Source of the DNA: Bacillales bacterium UBA5455 | Lineage (GTDB): Bacteria > Bacillota_I > Bacilli_A > RFN20 > CAG-826 | Direction of reading: 5' to 3' | NCBI GenBank assembly: GCA_002427365.1 | Contig: DIQT01000007.1 | Span: 67,758 to 131,757, forward strand | Length of the DNA: 64,000 nucleotides | Shown: positions 20,445-29,622 of the stretch, one piece after another | Numbering within the stretch: position 1 is the stretch's first letter | Layout: each line of letters begins with the position of its first letter | Position numbers and translations under genes: made by a program | Notes under the pieces: model-generated | Told to the model about the DNA's origin: nothing | What the model saw: only the letters and a program-made list of their open reading frames with translations | Database searches by the model: none

Positions 20445-21476
20445 ATGAAAAAACGTATTTTTGCGATCACTGGCATCGGCGGACATTTAGGCTCAACAAT
20501 CGCCCATGATTTACTAATGCAAGGCGAAACCGTCCGTGGTTTTTATTTACCAAATGAAAAAAATATCGTGCCAGGAACCTCCGTTTATTATGGTGATGTA
20601 ACAAAACCGGCGACGCTTGTTCCGTTTCTACTCCATCGCCCCGATGAAGAAATTATTTTAATCCACTGTGCGGCGTTAATTAGCATTTCAAAGCACGTCT
20701 CAAAACGCGTTTATGACGTAAACGTAACGGGGACGGAAAATGTTGTTGAAATTGCAAAGGCGCTAGGAGTTAAACGGCTCGTCCATGTAAGTAGTGTTCA
20801 CGCTATTGAAGAACCACCTAAAGGCACGCAAATTGTTGAAACAAAACATTTTGATCCAAGGTTAGTCCATGGTGAATACGCGAAAACAAAAGCGGAAGCA
20901 ACAAACTATGTCTTAAATGCTGAAACCGATATCTTTGAAGTTGTTGTTGTGCATCCGTCGGGCATTATTGGTCCAGGCTACACCCAAGCGGGTGACTTTT
21001 TAAGCCATGTTATTACAATGTACCTTGCGGGTAAACTTAAAGTTGCGGTCAAAGGTGGTTATGACTTTGTCGATGTTCGCGATGTGGCGGATGGGGTGAT
21101 TTCTGCCGCCTTAAATGGTCGAAGCGGTGAAACATATATTCTTGCGGGTGGCTATTATACAATTAAAGAAATAACTGATTTGTTATCAAAAATAACCGAT
21201 TTAAAACCAACGAAAGTCTTTTTAGCCCCGAAGTTTGTGCGTTCGGTCGCCTGGATTGTCGAATGGTATTATAAAGTTAAAAAACAAACACCGTTATTTA
21301 CCGCATATTCTATGTCAACGCTTGAAGCAAATGCGGATTTTTCAACAAAGAAGGCGCATTTGGAACTTGGCTATAATCCACGGCCGTTAATTTCAACACT
21401 CGCTGATACCGTCAATGAAGCGAAAACGAAAGCAACGATTAAAGGTTTTACGGTGAAAAAATCAAAAAAGAATTAA
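20445..21476 (+). CDS. NAD(P)-dependent epimerase/dehydratase family oxidoreductase (extended SDR)
   Basis: N-terminal Rossmann GxxGxxG (TGIGGHLGS), catalytic YxxxK (YAKTK), 343 aa. Confidence 0.7.
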   Translation: MKKRIFAITGIGGHLGSTIAHDLLMQGETVRGFYLPNEKNIVPGTSVYYGDVTKPATLVPFLLHRPDEEIILIHCAALISISKHVSKRVYDVNVTGTENVVEIAKALGVKRLVHVSSVHAIEEPPKGTQIVETKHFDPRLVHGEYAKTKAEATNYVLNAETDIFEVVVVHPSGIIGPGYTQAGDFLSHVITMYLAGKLKVAVKGGYDFVDVRDVADGVISAALNGRSGETYILAGGYYTIKEITDLLSKITDLKPTKVFLAPKFVRSVAWIVEWYYKVKKQTPLFTAYSMSTLEANADFSTKKAHLELGYNPRPLISTLADTVNEAKTKATIKGFTVKKSKKN

Positions 21477-21681
21477 AAAAAGTTGTTTTTATAGGCAGAT
21501 GATTTATCAATTAATATAATACACTGGCTAGTTTTGTTTTGATTATTGTTGTATTTATATGATACTTGTTTATAATTAAATTGCGTGTTAATAAGAGTTT
21601 TCATAGATAAGTAAGAATTTAATTAGGGGGCAGCCGCCAATTTATTTTGAAAATTAAAAGACGCACATAAGGAGAAATGAC

Positions 21682-22905
21682 ATGCAAGTAAGTAAGATGA
21701 AAAAATATGCACGCTTAATCGTGCATCGCGGTGCGAATGTCCAACCTGGGCAAGATGTCATCGTTTACGCTGATCTTGACCAACCAGAATTTGTTCGATA
21801 TTTAGTAATCGAAATCTATCGGGCAGAAGCAAGAAGCGTGGAAGTGAAATGGAATTACCCCCCACTCACCAAAGCCAAATATCAGTACGAGAAATTAAAA
21901 GTTCTTGGAAAAGTAACAGAATGGGAAAAAGCCCGTTTGCAACATTATGTTGATACAAAGCCAGTTCGGATTTATTTAGAAAGTAGTGATCCGGCCGGAT
22001 TAAAAGGAATTAATCAAAAGAAAGTTTCGCGAACATCGCAAATTCGTTATCCAATTATTAAAGGATACCGTGATGCAATGGAAAATAAGTATCAATGGTG
22101 TATTGCAGGGGTTCCGGGGATTGAATGGGCTAGACACGTCTTTCCTGATATTCCAAAAATCCAAGCGCTTGAAGCATTATGGGATGCAATCTTAAAAGTT
22201 TCACGCGCTGATGGCGCTGATCCAATTTCAGCGTGGGATGAACATAACGCGAATTTAAAAGCTCGGTGTGATTGGTTAAATGATTATCGGTTTAAAGAAT
22301 TACGCTACAAAGCAAGTAATGGAACCGATTTCCGCGTGGGTTTATTACCAAATGCTAAATTCTTAGGTGGCCGTGATAAGACGCTTGATGGCGTTTGGTA
22401 TAATCCAAATATCCCAAGCGAAGAAGTCTTTACCTCACCACGGAAAGGTGATGCTGACGGAATCGTTTATTCTTCGAAACCATTAAGCTACCGCGGAAAC
22501 ATTATTGATGAATTCTGGCTTCGCTTTGAAAACGGAAAAGTCGTCGAAACCGGTGCAAAAAAAGGCGCAAAATTATTAAAAGAAATGGTGAGCCTTGATG
22601 AAGGTGCATCAATGTTAGGCGAAGTTGCCCTTGTTCCATATGATTCACCAATTAGTAATTCGGGTATTACATTTTGGAATACGTTATATGATGAAAACGC
22701 CTCCTGCCATTTAGCGTTAGGTGCAGCGTTTAATAACGCACTTGATGGGTATGAAAGTTTAACGTTAGAAGAAATTCGTGAAGATATTAATGATTCGATG
22801 ATTCACGTTGACTTCATGATTGGCACCAAAGATTTAGAAATTATTGGAATTACACCAAACGGTAAAGAAATTCAAATATTCAAAAACGGTAATTGGGCCT
22901 TTTAA
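21682..22905 (+). CDS. M29-family aminopeptidase (AmpS/PepS-like)
   Basis: 407 aa, N-terminus MKKYARLIVHRGANVQPGQDV typical of thermophilic-metalloprotease (M29) aminopeptidases. Confidence 0.75.
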   Translation: MQVSKMKKYARLIVHRGANVQPGQDVIVYADLDQPEFVRYLVIEIYRAEARSVEVKWNYPPLTKAKYQYEKLKVLGKVTEWEKARLQHYVDTKPVRIYLESSDPAGLKGINQKKVSRTSQIRYPIIKGYRDAMENKYQWCIAGVPGIEWARHVFPDIPKIQALEALWDAILKVSRADGADPISAWDEHNANLKARCDWLNDYRFKELRYKASNGTDFRVGLLPNAKFLGGRDKTLDGVWYNPNIPSEEVFTSPRKGDADGIVYSSKPLSYRGNIIDEFWLRFENGKVVETGAKKGAKLLKEMVSLDEGASMLGEVALVPYDSPISNSGITFWNTLYDENASCHLALGAAFNNALDGYESLTLEEIREDINDSMIHVDFMIGTKDLEIIGITPNGKEIQIFKNGNWAF

Positions 22906-22970
22906 GAAGTAAAAAAAATAAAAAAATAAACCTCGAAGAAATAACTTCGAGGTTTTTATTTTGCAATTAA

Positions 22971-23339
22971 CTATTTAATAATTCTTCGATATTCTTTAGG
23001 TGAATAGCCGGTTTTCTTTTTAAACAAACGAGAAAAGTAGTTATATGAAGAAAAGCCAATCATTTCCGAAATATCATTAAGTGGCATCGCGCCTTCAATT
23101 AACAATTCCTTTGCTTTATTAATCGAATAGTTGTTTAAAAAATCAATAATTGAGACGCCTTTTTCATTTTTAAAAATGACGTGACAATGGGTTTTGGAGA
23201 AGAACGTAAACTTTTCAATATCTTCTAACGTAATCGGCTTATTATAGTTTTCATATAAGAATTTTTCAATCTTTAAAACGGTCGGATTAACCGGTACTTG
23301 GTTGATTCTTTTTTTAATCAAATTAAGGAGCGTAATCAA
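22971..23339 (-). CDS. AraC-family HTH domain protein (stand-alone MarA-like or 5'-truncated regulator)
   Basis: Only the dual-HTH AraC C-terminal domain is present. Apparent TTG start. The in-frame upstream extension is 33 aa before a stop, with no N-terminal sensor domain. Confidence 0.55.
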   Translation of the reverse strand: MITLLNLIKKRINQVPVNPTVLKIEKFLYENYNKPITLEDIEKFTFFSKTHCHVIFKNEKGVSIIDFLNNYSINKAKELLIEGAMPLNDISEMIGFSSYNYFSRLFKKKTGYSPKEYRRIIK

Positions 23340-23519
23340 AGTAAGAGCCGTGTTTTCTTTGTCTAATTCAAACTCATTAAACGAATTAAGTACCGCTAAA
23401 AGGAGCTTTGTTTGATTGCCAAAGCACTTAATAAGTTATTTGGCTAATAAACAAAAAGAGCGTAGTATTGCAGCTAATTTAGCAAATTTAAAAGACTTAA
23501 GTTTATGCTTAGGTCTTTT

Positions 23520-23828
23520 TTATTCAGCGTAAATAATATCTATTACATCCGCAAAACTAAGTTTAAAATTAGTAAGAGTTAATTCTTTAAAAGTGGGATC
23601 AATTCTTTTAATGTAAGTTGTTGTTTGATAAATATAACCCGCTTTAAAGTACGTAATAATAACTTCTTCGCCATGATAGTTTGTTAACAACATATTAATT
23701 CGTTCTTGCTCATCATAGCTAACAAGTGGTTTGCTAACCTTTTGCTTTTCATAAAGCATTTGCTTTATAAACTCACCTTGTTCGATTAGCGAAGCATAAG
23801 GGAGAAACTTTTTCATTCCGCGACTCAT
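23520..23828 (-). CDS. YolD-like protein, accessory factor of Y-family (UvrX/YqjW-type) polymerases
   Basis: 102 aa resembling Bacillus YolD/YozL. 4-nt overlap with the upstream polymerase gene. Confidence 0.65.
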   Translation of the reverse strand: MSRGMKKFLPYASLIEQGEFIKQMLYEKQKVSKPLVSYDEQERINMLLTNYHGEEVIITYFKAGYIYQTTTYIKRIDPTFKELTLTNFKLSFADVIDIIYAE

Positions 23829-25072
23829 CGAGCGTGTCCTCCGATTTCATTGTGACGTTTAATTGAATTAGAGTGGCCGATAAGTGCGGTTGAGCGCATT
23901 ACCGCATTTAAGCCGTATTTTGCTTGGATATGATCAAGCGTTGCGTATAAATTTAGCTCAATAATTTGTTCATCCACATCATTAAAGAAATCAATTTGAT
24001 AATAGTTATCTTCTTGTAGTCCGAAATAAGAAATATGTACGCCGCGGATTGGGAGGTTCTTCGCCTTTTGTTCATAGAGCGTAACAAGTGCTTCATATAG
24101 TTCGTTGTTATGTTTGGAGGGTCTAGTTAAATTAACTTGAACCGTATCGCTTTTTAAGGTGCGGTCCGCATAAACAATTTGCACGCTGACACCGGTAGCA
24201 ACTTGTTCACGGGCGCGGAGACGTCTAGCTAAATCATCATTCATTTCGCGAAGAAGAAGTTTGGCTTCAGATTTATTATAGTTACGAAAGAGTGTTTGCC
24301 CCTGCGATATCGAAGTGCTTGTTGGAATATATTTATCACGAATATCGGTATCATCAATTCCATTCGCGTGTTCCCATAGTTCTTCGCCCATTACGCCAAA
24401 CAACTCTTTTAGCCGAACTTTAGGATAAGTAGCAATATCACCAATTGATAATAGTCCCAAATTGTTTAATTTCCGTTCATACCCTTTTGCAATACCCCAA
24501 AGTTTACTTAACGGTGTAATTGGCCATAATTTTGTAGGGACATCATCGTATGTCCAGTGTGCAATATTATTTGCTTGGTGTTTAGCGTCAATATCCATCG
24601 CAACTTTAGCTAAAAACATATTTGGACCAATCCCGGCGGTTGCGACTAAACCTAACGTGCGTTTAATATCTTGTAAAATAACTTCCGCAAGTTCATCCGC
24701 ACTCATGTTATACATTTTTAAATACGGGCCAACATTAAGAAAACATTCATCAACGGAATAAATATGTAAATCATCTTCCCCAACATAATTTAATAATAAG
24801 GAATTAAACATTGCGCTAACTTCAAGATATCGTCCCATGCGTGGTTTAGCAAAAATAATATTAGGAAGGCGGGGAAGTTCAAACTTCCGTAACCTTGATG
24901 GGACTCCTAAGGCGCGAAGGCATGGCGAAACCGCAAGAACAATTGTTCCTTCCCCGCGCGTTTCATCACACACCACAAGCGGTGAAGAAAACATATCTAG
25001 TCCGCGATCAATACATTCAACAGCCGCATAGAAGCTTTTGAGGTCGATCGCTAAGAAATAATCATTGCGCAT
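23825..25072 (-). CDS. Y-family error-prone DNA polymerase (UmuC/ImpB/UvrX-like)
   Basis: N-terminus MRNDYFLAIDLKSFYAAVECIDRGLD, palm/fingers/little-finger architecture, 415 aa. Confidence 0.85.
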   Translation of the reverse strand: MRNDYFLAIDLKSFYAAVECIDRGLDMFSSPLVVCDETRGEGTIVLAVSPCLRALGVPSRLRKFELPRLPNIIFAKPRMGRYLEVSAMFNSLLLNYVGEDDLHIYSVDECFLNVGPYLKMYNMSADELAEVILQDIKRTLGLVATAGIGPNMFLAKVAMDIDAKHQANNIAHWTYDDVPTKLWPITPLSKLWGIAKGYERKLNNLGLLSIGDIATYPKVRLKELFGVMGEELWEHANGIDDTDIRDKYIPTSTSISQGQTLFRNYNKSEAKLLLREMNDDLARRLRAREQVATGVSVQIVYADRTLKSDTVQVNLTRPSKHNNELYEALVTLYEQKAKNLPIRGVHISYFGLQEDNYYQIDFFNDVDEQIIELNLYATLDHIQAKYGLNAVMRSTALIGHSNSIKRHNEIGGHAR

Positions 25073-25357
25073 TTATACACCTCAACTAGTGAAATCAGTA
25101 TAAAACTTAAAAAACTTTTTTGTAGTCTTGCAATTTGGTTTTTAATTTAGTATGCGCAAAATGTTTCAAAAAATTGCCTTTGTATTCATCGTTACAATTC
25201 GAGTTATCTATAAGGTGTTTCACAATTGTAAAATTATTTATTAAAAAAACGAAACAATAAAAAATATCTAAATTAATAAAAAGCAAACAAGACAAAAAGT
25301 TAGTGTTCCCACTTGCAAAAAAAGGATAAATAGTCTAGTATATTTAAGCCTATAAAT

Positions 25358-25433
25358 GGGGCTGTAGCTCACCTGGGAGAGCGCTTCGTTCGCAACGAAG
25401 AGGTAGCGAGTTCGATCCTCGTCAGCTCCACCA
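25358..25433 (+). tRNA. tRNA-Ala (anticodon CGC as read), 3' CCA encoded
   Basis: Cloverleaf folded by hand: acceptor GGGGCUG/CAGCUCC with the G3:U70 Ala identity pair, D-arm GCUC/GAGC, anticodon stem CUUCG/CGAAG, loop UUCGCAA, T-arm with UUCGAUC, discriminator A. Hairpin + T-run terminator follows (25445-25478). Confidence 0.8.
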
Positions 25434-25444
25434 TATTGAAAGCA

Positions 25445-25478
25445 TTAGTCTGATACTTCAAGTATTGGACTTTTTTTA
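25445..25478 (+). terminator. terminator downstream of tRNA-Ala
   Basis: AGTCTGATACTT..AAGTATTGGACT hairpin then T7. Confidence 0.55.
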
Positions 25479-25791
25479 TCGTTTTTAGTCTGTCAATGAT
25501 ATTTAAATTTTGTACATAAATCACCTTCGAAAAATGAACAAATAATATAATAACTACAAAGAACATAAAGTACAAGAAAATGGGATCAATTCACTTCGTG
25601 TCTATTTTATTGTATACCATTCACATTTAACTTAATACTTTAGAGGTATCGTATCAGTATCGGACCTATTCTATTCTAATGGTTTAATAAAGCCACGTTT
25701 TTTATTTTTTGTTTAAAAGTTGATCTGGGTCAAGGAAAATGAAAGAAAGAATATATATAATAAAAGTATAAAAAGAAAGGAAGTGTTTTAA

Positions 25792-26013
25792 ATGAAAACA
25801 TTAGAAATAAAATTAAACACTCTTACATGTCCAAGTTGTGTAAGAAAAATAGAAAATACTTTAAATAAAGAAAACGGAGTTGAAAGTGCAAAAGTTTACT
25901 TTAACTTAAGCAAAGTAAAAACCGATTTCAATGAAGAAGTAACAAGCGATGAAACATTAGTAAACATCGTTCAAAAATTAGGATTTGAAGTTATAGAATA
26001 TGATGTTTATTAA
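25792..26013 (+). CDS. copZ: heavy-metal-associated (HMA) domain metallochaperone, CopZ-like
   Basis: 73 aa ferredoxin-like HMA domain with LTCPSC (CxxC) metal site. Very AT-rich codon usage, unlike the flanks. Confidence 0.7.
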   Translation: MKTLEIKLNTLTCPSCVRKIENTLNKENGVESAKVYFNLSKVKTDFNEEVTSDETLVNIVQKLGFEVIEYDVY

Positions 26014-27844
26014 TAGACATACAAATAAGTTAACTCTCTTATCGGGAGTTCTTATTTTATTCGGAGTATTATTTAAAGTATTAAATTTTAGTTTAACAAG
26101 TGATATCTTGTTAATTATCGCAACAGCTGTTGCATTTTTACCAATATTCCTTAAAGCATATAGTTCAACTAGAATGAAACAATTTAGTATTGAGTTATTA
26201 GTTGTAATTGCTATTATTGGGGCTATATATATTAAAGAATATATTGAAAGTAGTGTAGTAAGTTTCTTGTTTTTATTTGGAGCATACTTAGAAGCAAAAA
26301 CATTAGAAAAAATGAGAAACTCATTGGACAAACTTACATCATTAGCACCAAAGGAAGCTTTAGTTCTAAGAGATGGAATTGAAGAAACTATAAGTGTAAA
26401 TAAAGTTGTAGTTGATGATTTAGTTATATTAAAAGCAGGTACAGTAGTTCCAGTAGATGGAGTTGTAATTAATGGTGATGCAACTATTAATGAAGCTAGT
26501 ATTACTGGTGAAAGTGTACCAGTATTAAAAGACATAGGTAGTGAAGTTTATAGTGGGAGTATTGTACTAGATGGTTATTTAACGTTTAGATCTACTAAAG
26601 TTGGTAGAGATACTACTTTTAATAAGATGATTAACTTAATTGAAGAAGCGAGTGAGTCTAAGACACAAGCACAAAAGTTTTTAGATAAATTTGCAAGTAT
26701 ATATACACCTCTAATTGCAGTGTTATCTTTACTTGTTTACTTGTTTACTAAAGATTTACATTTATCAATCACCTTTTTAGTAGTTGCCTGTCCAGGGGCA
26801 TTAGTAATAGGTTCGCCAGTTTCTACTGTTAGTGGTATTGCTAGAGGAGCTAGAATGGGTGTTTTAATTAAAGGTGGAGAAGCTGTAAACAACTTAGCAA
26901 AGACAAATATATTTGTTTTTGATAAGACAGGAACACTTACAGTTGGAAGACCAGAAGTAAATGAGTTTATTGATTTTAAAGCAACAAAAGATCCATTGCT
27001 ATATCTAGGTTCATTGGAACAAGCAAGTGAACACCACTTAGCAAGAGCTATAGTGAATTATACAAACGATCAAAATATTACTTTATCAGAAGATGTTAAA
27101 GATATTAATGTTATAAGAGGTTATGGTATTAGTGGCTTAGTAAACGAATTAAGTGTTTTAATTGGTAATGTAGAGTTAATGGAAAACAATAATATTAAGG
27201 TAAGTAGTGAAATAAAAGAAACTATCAAGAAATATGAAGCATTAGGAAACACTACGATTCTATTAAGTGTTGAAAACAAATTATCTGGTTTAGTATCTAT
27301 TAGTGACCAAGTTAAAGATGAAGCTAAAGGTGCACTAAAAAATCTTAAGCCAAATAAAACAGTTATGTTAACAGGTGATAATGAGTTAACAGCTTTAAAG
27401 GTAAGTGAAGAACTAGGGATTGATTATACTTTTGCTAGTTTAAAACCAGAAGACAAAGTAGAAAAAATCAAAGAACTTCAAAGTAAAGGCTATAAAGTTG
27501 CATTTGTTGGTGATGGATTAAATGATGCACCAGCATTAAAACTTTCTGATTCAGGAATATCTATGGGTATTAGTAGTGTTGAAGTAAGTAGAGATATTAG
27601 TTATGTAGTTATTATGAATGATAACTTAGATGTTTTAGTCGATAGTGTTAGTTTAGCTAAAAAGACAAGATCAAACATGATTCAAAATATGTTGATTGCT
27701 ATTATTACTGTTATTATTTTGTTAATAGGAGTAGTATTTAAGAAAGTTAATTTAGCAATTGGAATGTTCGTTCATGAAGGTAGTATTTTAGTAGTTATTC
27801 TAAATGGAATGAGGTTACTTCGTTTTAAAAACAAAGAAAAATAA
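26000..27844 (+). CDS. P1B-type heavy-metal-translocating ATPase with no N-terminal metal-binding domain and an unusual CPG transmembrane motif
   Basis: DKTGTLT phosphorylation site, GDGLNDAPAL hinge, TGES actuator, four TM helices before the A-domain. TM6 reads VVACPGALVIGSP where CPC is expected. Confidence 0.8.
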   Translation: MMFINRHTNKLTLLSGVLILFGVLFKVLNFSLTSDILLIIATAVAFLPIFLKAYSSTRMKQFSIELLVVIAIIGAIYIKEYIESSVVSFLFLFGAYLEAKTLEKMRNSLDKLTSLAPKEALVLRDGIEETISVNKVVVDDLVILKAGTVVPVDGVVINGDATINEASITGESVPVLKDIGSEVYSGSIVLDGYLTFRSTKVGRDTTFNKMINLIEEASESKTQAQKFLDKFASIYTPLIAVLSLLVYLFTKDLHLSITFLVVACPGALVIGSPVSTVSGIARGARMGVLIKGGEAVNNLAKTNIFVFDKTGTLTVGRPEVNEFIDFKATKDPLLYLGSLEQASEHHLARAIVNYTNDQNITLSEDVKDINVIRGYGISGLVNELSVLIGNVELMENNNIKVSSEIKETIKKYEALGNTTILLSVENKLSGLVSISDQVKDEAKGALKNLKPNKTVMLTGDNELTALKVSEELGIDYTFASLKPEDKVEKIKELQSKGYKVAFVGDGLNDAPALKLSDSGISMGISSVEVSRDISYVVIMNDNLDVLVDSVSLAKKTRSNMIQNMLIAIITVIILLIGVVFKKVNLAIGMFVHEGSILVVILNGMRLLRFKNKEK

Positions 27845-27868
27845 TGTACAATATTGTTAGGTGATATT

Positions 27869-28561
27869 ATGAAATGTAATCATGATTTAAGTACTGATAA
27901 AAATTGTTTATTACAAGTTCCAATTTTCAATCATTTAGAAAATAAATATTTAGAAGAAATTTTGCCATTATTAAATTCTAAAAAGTTTAAAAAAGGTGAT
28001 GAAGTTGTTAATCCTTTTGATAATACAAGTGACTTATATATATTAAGAAGTGGTTATGTCAAAGTTTTTAAATTAAGTGAAAATGGTAAAGAACAAATAT
28101 TAAGATTTTTAACTCCAGGAAAGGTTCTAGGTGAATTAAATATATTTACTAATACTAATCATGATGTTTATGTTGTAGCACTTGAAGATTTAGAAGTGTG
28201 TATGATTAGTAGAAAAGACTTTGAAAAAGTAATAAGTAAATATCCTAGTATTTCTTTAGAAATAATTAAAGAATTAAGTAATAGGTTAAACGATGCAGAA
28301 GAAAAATTAACTTATGTTTCAACAAGTAATGTTAAAGTTAGAGTTGTTAAATACTTGTTAACATTATTAAATCCAATAATTAAAACAGATAAAGTTGTTA
28401 TTCCTATGAAAAAGAAAGATTTATCTTCATATTTAAGTATTAGTCCAGAAACATTAAGTAGAAATCTTAAACAATTAGAAGATGAAAAACTAATTAAACA
28501 AATTAATAATAGAACTATTAAATTATTAAATATAAATGAATTGGAAAGTTTAGTAGAGTGA
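27869..28561 (+). CDS. Crp/Fnr-family transcriptional regulator (cNMP-binding domain + C-terminal HTH)
   Basis: Beta-roll cNMP-binding fold followed by an HTH (LSSYLSISPETLSRNLKQLEDEKLI). The track start at 27854 is TTG. ATG 27869 has an AGGTGAT RBS. Confidence 0.7.
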   Translation: MKCNHDLSTDKNCLLQVPIFNHLENKYLEEILPLLNSKKFKKGDEVVNPFDNTSDLYILRSGYVKVFKLSENGKEQILRFLTPGKVLGELNIFTNTNHDVYVVALEDLEVCMISRKDFEKVISKYPSISLEIIKELSNRLNDAEEKLTYVSTSNVKVRVVKYLLTLLNPIIKTDKVVIPMKKKDLSSYLSISPETLSRNLKQLEDEKLIKQINNRTIKLLNINELESLVE

Positions 28562-28607
28562 AAAATAGGGGCTGTAAAGAATTAAAATAATGCAGTCCAT
28601 CAAAAAC

Positions 28608-28641
28608 AAAAGCCGAGTCTTTAATAGATTCGGCTTTTTTG
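28608..28641 (+). terminator. rho-independent terminator after the Crp/Fnr gene
   Basis: AAAGCCGAGTCT..AGATTCGGCTTT hairpin then T-run, followed by TATAAT. Confidence 0.7.
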
Positions 28642-28650
28642 GTATAATAT

Positions 28651-29109
28651 ATGTATGCAAAACAACTAAAATTGCCACTAAATTTAGGAATAAAAATACC
28701 TTTTGATAGTGAGGCAAGAACATTCGATGAAGTATTTTATAAATCAGGAGTAGAAAAATACTTAATATCTAAAGACAAAGGTCGTATCGGATATAATTTA
28801 GTATCAATGTTAAAATTAGTTTTATTTTGTAATATGATCAATATTTATTCACTAAGAGGCATGGAAAGTGCAGCAAGAAATGATATAAGACTTATGTGGC
28901 TAACAGATGAAATAAAACCAAGCCGTCAGGCAATTGGTAATTTTATCAACAATTATTTAAGTAAAAGTATTGACGATATCTTTAAAGAAATCAACAATTA
29001 TATAATTAAAGCTGATAATGTAAATACTGATATCTTATATATCGATGGAACAAAAATAGAATCTAAAGCTAACAAATATACATTCGTTTGGCGCGGATCG
29101 GTAGATTAG
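28651..29109 (+). mobile_element. IS1182-family transposase, N-terminal fragment (152 aa of an expected ~450 aa)
   Basis: DUF772-like N-terminal transposase region (NLVSMLKLVLFCNMINIYSLRGMESAARNDIRLMWLTDEIKPSRQAIGNFINNYL). Ends at TAG with no DDE domain. Confidence 0.65.
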
Positions 29110-29118
29110 TTTGAAGCT

Positions 29119-29373
29119 ATGTTAGATAGATTAATCAAAGAAGATGTGCTTCAAAATGTTCGTTGTTTATTAGTTGGAAAACCATATGACGAAATTTATT
29201 ATGATGAATATCGTGAAATATTATTTAAAATATCAAATAGAATAAATTTGCCTATAGTATACAATCTTAATTTTGGACATTCTCTTCCTAGAGCAATGAT
29301 TCCTTGTGGGATTAGAGGAAAAATTGATTTTGCTAATAAACATATTTTTATAACGGAAAATATTTTAGACTGA
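29119..29373 (+). pseudogene. C-terminal fragment of an LD-carboxypeptidase (S66/MccF-like), in the same frame as the IS1182 fragment
   Basis: INLPIVYNLNFGHSLPRAMIPCGIRGKIDF matches the C-terminal catalytic His region of LD-carboxypeptidases. Only 84 aa. Separated from the transposase frame by a TAG and 3 codons. Confidence 0.55.
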
Positions 29374-29427
29374 AGTTTTTAAAAAAAACACCAATTTCGG
29401 GGAGGGTGCTGTAAAAAAACGCAGGGG

Positions 29428-29492
29428 TGTTGTAGTTTTTCGCAGGGGTGCTGTAAGTGTATCAAAATAGGTCACCCAACACATTTATAAAA
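29428..29492. repeat. three tandem imperfect 21-23 bp direct repeats (CGCAGGGGTGYTGTARnnnnn)
   Basis: tcggggagggtgctgtaaaaaaa / cgcaggggtgttgtagttttt / cgcaggggtgctgtaagtgta, read directly from the sequence. Confidence 0.7.
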
Positions 29493-29496
29493 CATT

Positions 29497-29527
29497 AGTC
29501 CGACATGGTAAGTGTCGGACTTTTTTG
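29497..29527 (+). terminator. rho-independent terminator
   Basis: AGTCCGACA..TGTCGGACT hairpin plus T6. Confidence 0.7.
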
Positions 29528-29581
29528 TCCCTTAATTAAAATGTGCTGATAAATTGTGTAAAAAATGGTCGCAAAAGGCAT

Positions 29582-29612
29582 CGTGACTAAAAAAAGTAAT
29601 CTTTTAGTCACG
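29582..29612. promoter_or_regulatory. perfect 11-bp inverted repeat (CGTGACTAAAA-N9-TTTTAGTCACG) 10 bp upstream of the Fic start; candidate operator
   Basis: Palindrome read directly. No T-run follows, so it is not a terminator. Confidence 0.5.
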
Positions 29613-29622
29613 AAGACTTTAC

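Noticed and set aside
25073-25357. Looked for a Cheo/LexA box (GAAC-N4-GTTC) upstream of the Y-family polymerase
   Set aside because: None was found by eye. A negative result from manual scanning is not conclusive.
25369-25575. 68-aa minus-strand ORF
   Set aside because: It overlaps the tRNA-Ala gene and its terminator, so it is a spurious frame.
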